A stretch of DNA of 63,952 nt, counting the filler, from Stramenopiles sp. TOSAG23-3 (taxonomy: Eukaryota), in the NCBI GenBank assembly GCA_900128585.1. It is 3 parts of 3 records of this genome, joined end to end, with 100 filler letters (N's around TTAATTAATTAA, not from the genome) between each part and the next. Parts side by side here need not be neighbours in the genome. Positions count along the whole stretch, not along the records: positions 44,068 to 63,952 come from LT642388.1; 2 more parts are not named here. One strand, given 5' to 3'. The notes under the pieces were generated by a model. That model made no database searches. It saw nothing but the letters and a program-made list of their open reading frames with translations, and was not told the origin of the DNA. A program made the position numbers and the translations under genes. Every line of letters begins with the position of its first letter. The first letter of the stretch is position 1. This document shows positions 44,070 through 53,711 of the stretch, one piece after another.

Positions 44070-45035
44070 AAAAAGACCCGAGGGATCATGATCACGTTCA
44101 ATATTTTCAACACCAACTATTACTCGCTGACGTCCGTGAAAATATTTCTAGAATTCGGCCCAACCGGGTACATAAGTAAAAACTTTGAAGTGGATACGAT
44201 CTGGCTGTCTTTTTATGGGGACAAGGGCGGAGGCAACCCCGGCACGGCTGGCTTTTTGAAATGGGCAGACGTTGTCATCTTCATGTACGTGCTCCTGACA
44301 GTCTACACCATGCTGTGGGAAATGGCACTGTGGGGGAATGGGTCGTACTTCGTGTGCGTGTGGAACGTTGCCGACCTTATGTTGTGTTGTGGGATAACTT
44401 CCCAGCTCATCTACCAGCTCATCTACGACTTTCGAACCGCCCGCGAGGTTGACCTCAGTGTGCCCCACTTTGTCCACGTTGAGAGGCAGACACAAATGTA
44501 CCGGCATGGGATCAATTTATCCGTGTTCAACATGGTTGTGGCGGCGGCCTGCTCGTTCAAACTCTTTCAACGGAATCTTTCCGTGTCAAAAATTTGGCAG
44601 ATCATAGAGTTTTCCGGGTCCATCTTTCTGTCGTATTTGTTCGTGTTTTTTGCCGTGTCATATGCTTTCTTGATCGTCGCGCATTTTTCATTTGGCCCAT
44701 CGGTCGAACATTTCAGCACCATCATGAGCACTGTAAATTCGTTGCTTGTTATGCTCACGGGACAATTGGATTACATCAAGATACGCCTTGCTGACGATGT
44801 CATGGCACCGTTGTTCTTTATTTCTTTCAACTTGTCGGTCAACTTTTTCCTCGCCTCTGTGTTCTTTGCGCTGGTGAACGATTCGTATGCAGTTACAAAC
44901 TTACACTTTGACGACCAGAAGTCACATTTCTGGAAGCATGTACTCGAAGCCCCCATTAAGGTCCTCAAACGGAAATGGAAAAACCACGCTTTAAACAAGA
45001 GTAAAAAAGGCGGCGGCGGCAAAGAAACGATCTAA
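44070..45035 (+). CDS. Polycystin-2/TRPP-like cation channel, 5'-truncated at the contig edge
   Basis: Frame is open to the linker; TRGIMITFNIFNTN..LEFGPTG, WNVADL, HFSFG..FST..LLVMLTG, PLFFISF, FFALVNDSY match the PKD channel domain. Confidence 0.85.
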   Translation, partial: KKTRGIMITFNIFNTNYYSLTSVKIFLEFGPTGYISKNFEVDTIWLSFYGDKGGGNPGTAGFLKWADVVIFMYVLLTVYTMLWEMALWGNGSYFVCVWNVADLMLCCGITSQLIYQLIYDFRTAREVDLSVPHFVHVERQTQMYRHGINLSVFNMVVAAACSFKLFQRNLSVSKIWQIIEFSGSIFLSYLFVFFAVSYAFLIVAHFSFGPSVEHFSTIMSTVNSLLVMLTGQLDYIKIRLADDVMAPLFFISFNLSVNFFLASVFFALVNDSYAVTNLHFDDQKSHFWKHVLEAPIKVLKRKWKNHALNKSKKGGGGKETI

Positions 45036-45095
45036 TTTAAAACCGGGAGGAAGAGAGAAGTGTAGTGGTGTCGTGTTCGTCTATTCTAAATTATG

Positions 45096-45161
45096 TACCC
45101 TAACCCTAACTTCGTGATGTAGTATACCCTAACCCTAACCTCGTGATGTAATATACCCTAA
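45096..45161. repeat. 29-bp tandem repeat (about 2.3 copies) containing telomere-type (CCCTAA)2
   Basis: taccctaaccctaac(t/c)tcgtgatgta(g/a)ta twice, then taccctaa. Confidence 0.85.
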
Positions 45162-46096
45162 TTCTATCTTTATTGTAACCGAAAGATATAATAAATTGTT
45201 GCATCATCGCTTCTTTCTGATCGGGGAATCTTCTTTCCTCCACAGAATATTTAAATTATTATATTTACACAGAACAAAGAGCAAAATAAAAATAGTAACA
45301 GGATTCTAGCAGAGGCAAGAATAAAACCAAAACAAAGAATCGAACGATTGGAACACTTCTCCTAAAGAAGAAAGGAACGGAGAACGTTTCAGATGTTATT
45401 ATATTATTTAGTATATAAATACAGTGGTAAATAATAAATGAATTTTTTATAATACAAAGTAATAAAAGTTTTGTTTAAGTTTTGTTCTTTCTTTGGATTC
45501 TTCTTCTTTTTTAAAAAAATGTGATAAATATACACTAGGGTATTAGTATGTAATGCAATGGTAAAGTAATCGACGACGTACAATCGTTTCAGACCATACG
45601 TCACCCTCGTATCTTACTAATTAAGGTTTATAAATATATATGATATTAAGAATTTCTCTTTATTAATAGTAACATTTAAAATATTAATATTATTAATTAC
45701 CTTAACAATTGTCTTCAATATTTCTAACAGAAGAAGAAGAACAAATTATGTTTCGAGATGAAGAACTATTACGACAACAAAATTCAGAATAATAATTATT
45801 CACAATTAACATGCACACATCATCAAAAAGTAACAACTCAGAACATGTTTATTATTTTAAAAAAAGAACAACAATAACTCGGAACACCCATAACCCATCA
45901 TAACCCATACACCATCCTCGCATTCGCATCCGGTCACCCCAGGCGTACTACTAACTTACCTCTATATCGTAAAAAGTTCGAATGAAAGGTAATGAAGATA
46001 GCGCCAAACGTACACAACAATTTGAAGCACTGCCCCCTCAATTCATTCATTGCGTAGAAAAATTTTCCACCGTCGCTTCGGCGCAACACTCAAGAA

Positions 46097-47170
46097 ATGG
46101 CGTCGCTTGCAAAAGGTCTAGCCCCCGCAGCGAGTGCAGTGGTCGCTGGGACGGGCCTCGTTGGTTTAGTTGCGAGCTATATATCGGACAACGCTGCAGT
46201 GCCAAAATTTTCCTTAGACACAGAGCGATTTGATCAATCCACATTTTTGGGAAGAGTTAAAAGGTTTATGGTGGCTTCGAATCCTTCAACCCTGTTTGTA
46301 AGCGACGAAGAAGCGTTGGCAGCGCGAGGCTTGCTTCAAAAATATGCTAGAGGAGAGGCCGAAGGCATAGATGATAAGACGCTTTGGAAGGCCCGTGAAC
46401 TTCGCGATACGTGCTTTGGAAGTGAACCAGACTCGGAGGATGCTGAAATAGTGCCAAGACCTTTTCGAATGACTGGGTACGTTCCTTTCAATGGACCTAT
46501 TATAGTTGCGATGACACTCGCCCAGTCGTCCCCGGCAATAATTGGCTGGCACATCGTGAACCAAACCCAGAACGCCCTGGTCAACTATCACAACCGGAAC
46601 CGTAGCGCTCCGTTTTCCATGCGTGATCTCATCAGCAGTTACGCGATTGCGGTATCCGCATCAGTCGGCGTTGCATTTGGTCTCAGTTTTATTATTAAGA
46701 GAAAATGTCCGCCGGAAAAGGTGGCGCAATTGCTGCGTTTCGTTGCCTTCCCCTCGTGCGTGGTGGCCTCCTCTGCAAATTGTTACATAATGCGGAGTCC
46801 GGAGATCAAGGGTGGTTGGCAATTGAGGGACAAAAGTGGGAATGTTGCTGCAGGCGGCGAACACTCAAGGATAGTTGCAAAACAGGGCGTTTATCAAACC
46901 GCTGCCACTCGTGCCCTCTTGCAAATCCCTTCCATTTTACTCCCCGTTTTGTTTACAGCAATACCAGCCGTGTCCACGCTGATTGCGGTAAACCCGGTCC
47001 TGAACCTACCGATCACAACGTTTGTGTGCCTCAGCTGCTTTGGCATAGGGCTGCCGCTCAGTCTGTCCGCTTTTCCTCAAATAGTCGCAATTAGCCCAGC
47101 GAAACTAGAAACCAATTTTCGATCGTATTATGGCGACGATGAACTTTTGTTTTACAACCGAGGACTTTAA
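46097..47170 (+). CDS. SFXN: Sideroflexin (mitochondrial tricarboxylate/serine carrier family)
   Basis: RFDQSTFLGR, LWKAR, PFRMTGYVPFN, NQTQNALVNYHNRN, NCYIMRSPE, LSAFPQ, C-terminal FYNRGL. Confidence 0.93.
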   Translation: MASLAKGLAPAASAVVAGTGLVGLVASYISDNAAVPKFSLDTERFDQSTFLGRVKRFMVASNPSTLFVSDEEALAARGLLQKYARGEAEGIDDKTLWKARELRDTCFGSEPDSEDAEIVPRPFRMTGYVPFNGPIIVAMTLAQSSPAIIGWHIVNQTQNALVNYHNRNRSAPFSMRDLISSYAIAVSASVGVAFGLSFIIKRKCPPEKVAQLLRFVAFPSCVVASSANCYIMRSPEIKGGWQLRDKSGNVAAGGEHSRIVAKQGVYQTAATRALLQIPSILLPVLFTAIPAVSTLIAVNPVLNLPITTFVCLSCFGIGLPLSLSAFPQIVAISPAKLETNFRSYYGDDELLFYNRGL

Positions 47171-47719
47171 TCTCGAGTCAATATATAATCTTAAAATTTT
47201 AAGAGTACGTTCGAGTAGATCTGAGCTATTTACATTTGATCCACTTTCTTCGTATCATACTTTTTTTTAGTGTTTATATAGCTATATAATAGACGACTAA
47301 TACGCTCCTCGTAATGTACAATGAAATGCATTTTAATACCTGGTAATAAAATGTGGTAATCTCCCTTATTAGTTAAGGAATTACAAACAGTTTTAGAGGA
47401 AAAAAGTGACTCTCAAAATGCAAATTGTCTTGTTGTTGGTACCGGTACATATTTTCAGTGTATTAAAACCGGCACAGCAGTATTTATTGGATATTTGGTA
47501 TTAGTACGCGAGATGATGATGACGAAGAAAAGAGGTAATAATAAAGTAATAATAATTAACAGTTTTAATAATATATATACACAACACTACTACGAAGGCC
47601 ATCTCTTCGCTTCTTCTTCACGTAGTTCAACTGATACGTTTGTCAAACACTTTGTGTTCACATAATAAAAATTATAGTTCAAGTTAAACACCCCAAATTC
47701 ATACAAATCATAAAAACGC

Positions 47720-48007
47720 ATGTCAAATGAAGCAGATACTTTGAAAGGCCATCGGCATTTGTGGAATGATATTATGAAAGGCAAAGAAGCATATGAGACA
47801 GCTAAACAGGACGTAGAGTGGGGACGAAACTATTTAGCGGGTACCCCGCCACCGTCTCCGCACAGAAACGCCAACGAGTCTAAAATTAATATAGGCAAAC
47901 CGCCCGAAAATGAGAAAGGGAGCATGGGGGAGAATCCGTTGATTCTTGGTGTTTCTATCGGCGTGCTTTTTGTTGCCGTTTTACTTGTTTACAATCAGCG
48001 GGCATGA
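47720..48007 (+). CDS. Small putative tail-anchored membrane protein
   Basis: 95-aa ORF in a higher-GC island; C-terminal hydrophobic LILGVSIGVLFVAVLLVY followed by a short tail. Confidence 0.55.
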   Translation: MSNEADTLKGHRHLWNDIMKGKEAYETAKQDVEWGRNYLAGTPPPSPHRNANESKINIGKPPENEKGSMGENPLILGVSIGVLFVAVLLVYNQRA

Positions 48008-48322
48008 CGGCGTAACTTATATTGATAAATTATCATATGTTTACTAAGAAGTATTTATAAATATGCATAAGATACAAACTTAAACTGCCCACCATTTTAT
48101 AATTCGGAAAAACAAAGTGGGAGAAGCTGGAAGACCGCGTCATCACACTCACCGGGGCACTCAATTAATTCGTAAAATTATTTGAATTTACCCCCGGCGT
48201 CCAGGAGAAAATCATAGACATACAAGAACACCCTTTAATTTAAATTGAAAATTTTAAACGCCTGCATCATTTTGTTTTAATCACATGTGTTATTAAAAGG
48301 TTGGAACTGAAATAGTAATTGA

Positions 48323-48349
48323 TTAAAAACAAGAAAATTGGCTGTTATT
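48323..48349. repeat. Copy of dispersed motif TTAAAAACAAGAAAATTGGCTGTTATT
   Basis: 27/27 identical to the reverse complement of 34059-34085. Confidence 0.85.
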
Positions 48350-48543
48350 GATTTAAAATGAGAGTCTTAAAACATACTATATAATTTGTTTTTTAAAAAC
48401 GGTACAATATTGATATGCTCGTTGTCTGTCTTGTAAATCGGCCAAGGGGTTGTTATCTGGAGATTCATTTTGTTTTTTTTCGTGTAAAACTTAAAAAATA
48501 AAATTATTTGTTAACTTAGCTTCGCCGCGCAAAACTTTCTTCC

Positions 48544-50348
48544 TCACTTCTTCAAACTAGCGCGTAAAAAGTTGAACCTGGCCACACAGTTCTCGGGAGA
48601 CTTTCCTTCGACACCTTCCGAGATTTTTTTCCAGCGCTCCTCCTGTGGCATTGTCCCGGAAGGGATTGCTCGCAAACCTGCCTCCAACTGTTTCTGCTGA
48701 GCCTCGCTCCAGGCAGAACTAGCCGATGACGCCGTTGACTGCGAAGCTGCTGCATTCTGCTGTTGCGAGGACCACTGCCTGTCCAGCTTTGTCAATTCAG
48801 TCGCTTTCTTGATGCATTCGTTGGCTTCTCGCACGATTGCTTTGTTGTCTGTCAGCTTATTCACCACAGCGGCTATTTGTTCCCAACGCTTCAAAGAACC
48901 CGCAGGGAATTTCTTGGTGGCTTTGATTAAAAGTACCAGGTCTCCCTTCGACCACGGAGGCCCGGCATTGCTCTTTTTGTTCGATAGGCGTTGCTCCGCG
49001 TCTTTTTTTCTGGCAGCTTCCCGCTTCGCGATTTTCTCTACCTCCGTCATATTCTTCTCCTCTGTTGTAGGAGATTGTTGGCAAATCAAGTTAGGGTATT
49101 TTGCATTTAAGCACACGTGTCTTATGAATTCCATTACTTACCGGCAATTTGGGCAGCAAGGTTGGAACATTCAGCCATCGCGTCGCCCAACGTCGTTTCG
49201 TCCTCGGCTGCTGCAGTCAGCAATTGCCCGACGCGAAGCATGTCTTCTAGGCTTGCTTCCTCGGTGATGGCTTGGAGGTCATCCATGGTGATGGACGCTA
49301 ATTCGTGTTCCGCAAACTTCAAATAGGCAGCAGTGAGCTTCTTTCGGGCCTTCTTCAACTGTTTTTTCTGCTTCTGCCGTTTCTCACGCGCCAACTTCAC
49401 AGCGAGCTTCGAGTCCTCTTTGGCCTTCTGCGCTGCAGCTTCTTCCTCCGCTTTCCTCTTCTCTTCCGCTTCTTTCGCGGCTTTCTCTGCCGCTATCTTG
49501 TTGCGGGCACTTTCTAGCTTTTTTTCCTTTATGGCTTTGTCGTGCGCAATCAAACGAGGGTCTTGCTTTTGCGTCAACTCAAAAAGACGTCTCAGCCGCC
49601 TGTACTCTTCCTTTTTTTTGCTTGCGCGAATGTTCTTGTTCTGTTGCTCCATCCAGCGCTTCTCATCGCGGCCATCTGCATTATCGATTTTATGCTCGTC
49701 GGCATTTTTGAAGTTGCGCCAGGATTCAAATGACCCCCAGAACTGATAAAAATCAATGACTTCCTGGATCGGGGTGTTTTCATCACCAAGCATGGGCACA
49801 GGAGTGTTCTCACTAAAGCGCGCATTGCGCTCGAATACGGGTCCATACGTTTTGTAGAACGTAGATTTTTTCTTTATGGCTTTGGGTATGCTGTCGTCGA
49901 ACTCGTAGAGGGAGTCGTACGAGCGCCGTTTCTCTGTGTTGATAAGGCACTGGTACGCTTCCTGAATCTTCAAAAACATTGGATCTTCAACGGTGTCGCC
50001 ATCAATCTTATTCCCATCATTCCGTTTGTCTGGGTGAAATTTCAAAATGCCCTGCTGATAGGCTTTCTTGATTTGGTAGTCGGTACTGTTCCACTCAGCT
50101 TTCAAACCTAAAGCTTTGTAGTAGTTGAAGACCGTTCTTCGAATAACTTTTCCCTTGTTTTTCCCGGTAGTTGGTCGATCCTCAACAAACCATTCGTCTA
50201 ATTCGAACTCAAAGACTTCTTCCTCCACGGCGTTGTCACCGTTGCCGTCCGACGACGCGCCAGCGTCTGAACGCCCGAAGGCGGAGCGTACAAACGCCAA
50301 ACCGACAGGTTCGACGTTTAGCTCAACGGGACTTGCTAGTTTTACCAT
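48544..50348 (-). CDS. DNAJC2: DNAJC2/MPP11/zuotin (J domain, zuotin domain, two SANT domains); exons 50348-49142 and 49061-48544
   Basis: VEPVG, NYYKALGL..FHPDK, FERNARFS..PVPMLGD, FESWRNF, RDEKRWMEQQN, DPRL; SANT motifs WSKGD..KFPAGSLKRWEQIA and WSEAQQKQLEAGL..RWKKISEGVEGKS. An 80-nt intron 49062-49141 (GTAAGT..CTAAC..CAG) restores the frame. Confidence 0.95.
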
Positions 50349-51571
50349 GTTTCCGTGTCGTGCGCAAGGGGTAGGGCCTCTCTCTTTCTTGTGATATTTT
50401 TATTCAATTCAAATGAATGTTACTTTTGAATTGTTTCTTTTCCAAACTCCGTTGACCGCTTCGTTTACTCGTATATATTTTACTGTCTCTTCCACTACAT
50501 TGAGATGTGACCTTGCCTGTATTGCATATTATGAATTATAAAATACGATGATGGTTGGTTGTGTATCTGAGGAGGCGGTAAGGCACGGTAGTATACGCGG
50601 TAGAAGAGGAGTATTATTATTTTTTTTTTACTTTTTTTTTTTTTTTTTCTTCTCTTCTTCTTCTCTTCCTCTAAAAAAAATATAATTTCTTTGTTGTGTC
50701 GCTATATAAATAAATACGCAAAGGTGATGACTGACGGTCGGTACAAAATATAATTAGCTGCTGCTCTGAGCTCTGAATTGGATTTTGTGTTGTTGAATAC
50801 AATGGTGTGACACAGTGTAGATTTTAATTTAATATTGGACAAGCGCCGAGGATTGAAATTCAGATGAGTATTTAGTTGTACTTATAATACTAATTAGAAT
50901 ACAGTTTGAAAAATAGTTAAAAGCGAATCTCCTCAGGCCACAATTTTTCTAGTTATTTACTTGACGCTCTGTTCCTATTCGATAAAATTATTGGTGAGAG
51001 AAAGGCTTCCATACTGAATACGTTGTCTAATTAAATAGAGCCGCCATCTATATTATAGTACTATACGTACGTATACTAAGTATTAAAAAATTGATTATTT
51101 AAGGATAATAATAATAATAAGGAATAATATACATTTGGAATGATGGTATCAAATTGGTTTTTTTGGGCATATTTCAGTGCTGTGATGAACTGTGACCTGT
51201 TTCTGTTTGGCTGTGTGCTGTGTGTAAAAGATGTGAGTGGTTTGGTAGGTAGTGCTGAAATTCTATATACTATCTACTCTTATTAATAATAAAATAACAA
51301 CTGTATGTTGTAGTACCGTATTATAATAGTAGTGGTAGTATATATTGAAGTAATTGTGCGAAGGAACGGAAGAAGAATTGAAGAAAAGGGAAAAGAGATC
51401 GTCGTGACAGTTCCAATGAAGTGTGGTGCGTGATGTATTTTTATTCCCATCAATGTGTACGTATACACCAAAGAGTTTCGTCTTTTCACATTTCAGGAAA
51501 GTCCTTCCAGGAAAGTCCTGCGTTTGAAACCCTCAATACCGATTGTACAACCAGGGACTCTTTGCACAACG

Positions 51572-53374
51572 ATGTTTTTAGCAACTCGCCATGCCATCGC
51601 CGCGCACCGGGCGTTGCCGTCCGTCCACCACGCCATGTCCTACTTCAGTTCCAAGGTATCCGGGGCCCCTCCGTCTTTGCTTGTTCCGGAGCATGAGCGT
51701 GAGGCGTTAAAGTTGCACGCGACAAATTTGCCCGATATTGTTCTTCAGCCAAGGCATTCCTGCGACATTGAGCTTCTTCTGAACGGTGGCTTTAGCCCGC
51801 TGAACGGTTTTCTGAAAAAAGAAGACACCGAAGCTGTCTACGACAACTGCCGCCTTTCCGACGGAAGCTTATGGCCCATGCCGATCAACCTAGACATAAA
51901 TGCCGAAAAGCGAATGGAAATCGAAGCGAGCGATTCAAGCGAGGTCGCGCTCAGGGATTTCGAAGGAAATCTGATCGCGGTAATGAATGTGGAAGAGATG
52001 TGGGAGGCTGACAAAACGCGGGAAGCGGAACAAGTTTTCGGTGGGGACCCCGAACACCCCGCTGTGGAGTTTTTGCAGAACAGTGTGCAGGACCACTACG
52101 TTGGCGGCGGGTTGAAGGGCTACCAGTTGCCCATTCATTACGACTACACTAAGCTGAGGCACACACCCCTTGAGGTACGAGAAATTTTTGATGATAAAGG
52201 GTGGGATAGAATAGTTGCTTTTCAAACCAGAAACCCAATGCACAATGCCCATATTGAACTGGTTAAGCGCGCGTGCGAGCTTCACGATACGAATGCTTTG
52301 ATACACCCGGTCGTAGGAATGACGAAGCCTGGAGACATCGATTACCACACCCGCTTAAAATGCATTCGAGCTGTAGTAAAAGAGGGCGCGTTCGGAGAGA
52401 CCCCCACCAATTTATCATTGCTGCCGTTGGCCATGCGCATGGCGGGACCAAGAGAAGCTCTTTGGCACATGCTTATTCGTAAGAACTACGGCGCCACGCA
52501 CTTTATCCTTGGCCGCGACCACGCGGGGCCAGGGTCCAACAGCAAAGGGGATGACTTTTACGGCCCGTACGAGGCCAGGGATTTCGGAGTCAAACATGCA
52601 AAAGAGGTAGGGATAGAAACAGTTGAATTCGAAATGATGGTCTACCTGGGCGAGCAGAAAAAGTATGTTACCGAGGCAAATGTTCCGGCAGGAAAAGAAC
52701 CTTTGAAGATTAGTGGGACGGAAGTTCGAAGGCGATTGCAGACGGGAGAAGAGATACCGGCTTGGTTTTCTCACCCCGAAGTCGTGAAAATATTGAGGGA
52801 ATCGCACCCCATGGCTGCGACGCAAGGGTTGACACTTTTTTTCACAGGACTGTCGGGCTCAGGAAAATCTACAATAGCAAACGCGCTCTTGGAAAGGCTG
52901 CTGGAAGCAAAGACGGGAAGGAACGTGAGCGTGCTGGACGGAGACCACATCCGTCAACATTTGAGTAGTGAACTTGGGTTTTCAAGGGAACATCGCGATT
53001 TGAACATTCAAAGAATAGGGTACGTTGCGAGCGAAGTCACCAAACACGGTGGCCTTGCCATTTGCGCTGCTATTGCGCCGTACGCAGCCGCGAGAAAGTC
53101 AGCGCGCGACCTCGTCGAAGCCGAAGGCAGTTTTATTGAAATTTTTGTGGATACTACCTTGGAAGAGTGCGAAAGGCGTGACCGGAAGGGTTTGTACGCA
53201 AAAGCGAGATCGGGGAAATTAAAGGGCATGACTGGCATTGACGATCCTTACGAAGCACCCGAAGCAGCAGAGATAACTGTAGAAACAAGTAACACCGTCA
53301 GTGACTCGGTTCAGAAAATCACCGACTACCTAGTGTTGCATGGCTTTATTCCTGAAATTGAGGAGCTGGATTGA
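51572..53374 (+). CDS. sat: Bifunctional ATP sulfurylase-APS kinase (Sat-CysC order) with an N-terminal presequence-like extension
   Basis: CDIELLLNGGFSPLNGF, VAFQTRNPMHNAH, MRMAGPREALWH..RKNYGATHFILGRDHAGPG; kinase FFTGLSGSGKST, LDGD, RDRKGLYAKAR, TGIDDPYE. Start ATG 51572. Confidence 0.95.
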   Translation: MFLATRHAIAAHRALPSVHHAMSYFSSKVSGAPPSLLVPEHEREALKLHATNLPDIVLQPRHSCDIELLLNGGFSPLNGFLKKEDTEAVYDNCRLSDGSLWPMPINLDINAEKRMEIEASDSSEVALRDFEGNLIAVMNVEEMWEADKTREAEQVFGGDPEHPAVEFLQNSVQDHYVGGGLKGYQLPIHYDYTKLRHTPLEVREIFDDKGWDRIVAFQTRNPMHNAHIELVKRACELHDTNALIHPVVGMTKPGDIDYHTRLKCIRAVVKEGAFGETPTNLSLLPLAMRMAGPREALWHMLIRKNYGATHFILGRDHAGPGSNSKGDDFYGPYEARDFGVKHAKEVGIETVEFEMMVYLGEQKKYVTEANVPAGKEPLKISGTEVRRRLQTGEEIPAWFSHPEVVKILRESHPMAATQGLTLFFTGLSGSGKSTIANALLERLLEAKTGRNVSVLDGDHIRQHLSSELGFSREHRDLNIQRIGYVASEVTKHGGLAICAAIAPYAAARKSARDLVEAEGSFIEIFVDTTLEECERRDRKGLYAKARSGKLKGMTGIDDPYEAPEAAEITVETSNTVSDSVQKITDYLVLHGFIPEIEELD

Positions 53375-53419
53375 AGTTGATTGTTATAAGTACTCGTAAC
53401 TTGCAAAGTAATTCTTAAT

Positions 53420-53446
53420 TTAAAAACAAAAAATTGGCTGTTATTT
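53420..53446. repeat. Copy of dispersed TTGGCTGTTATT-containing motif (1-nt deletion)
   Basis: ttaaaaacaaaaaattggctgttattt. Confidence 0.8.
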
Positions 53447-53711
53447 AGAGTAGTTAAAAAAACAAATTATATATGAAAAGAAAAAAATAGGTGTCAGTTC
53501 AAGAACACCATCTCCTCCTATTGCAGATCCTCCCCAACTTCTGGTCAAGATTCTTATAAATTTATCATACCGAAGTAATTTATTGCTTGTTGTTAAAAAC
53601 TTGGAATTTTTGTACTGGTGAGAAGATTGATTTATGCAAGACGAACGGTTAATTGTTAATTCTTACGTATGATATAATAATTCTTATTCAAAACGGGAAT
53701 TTCTAATCTAA

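Noticed and set aside
49134-49134. Stop/start overlap of two ORFs suggesting translational coupling
   Set aside because: Explained by the canonical 80-nt intron in DNAJC2.
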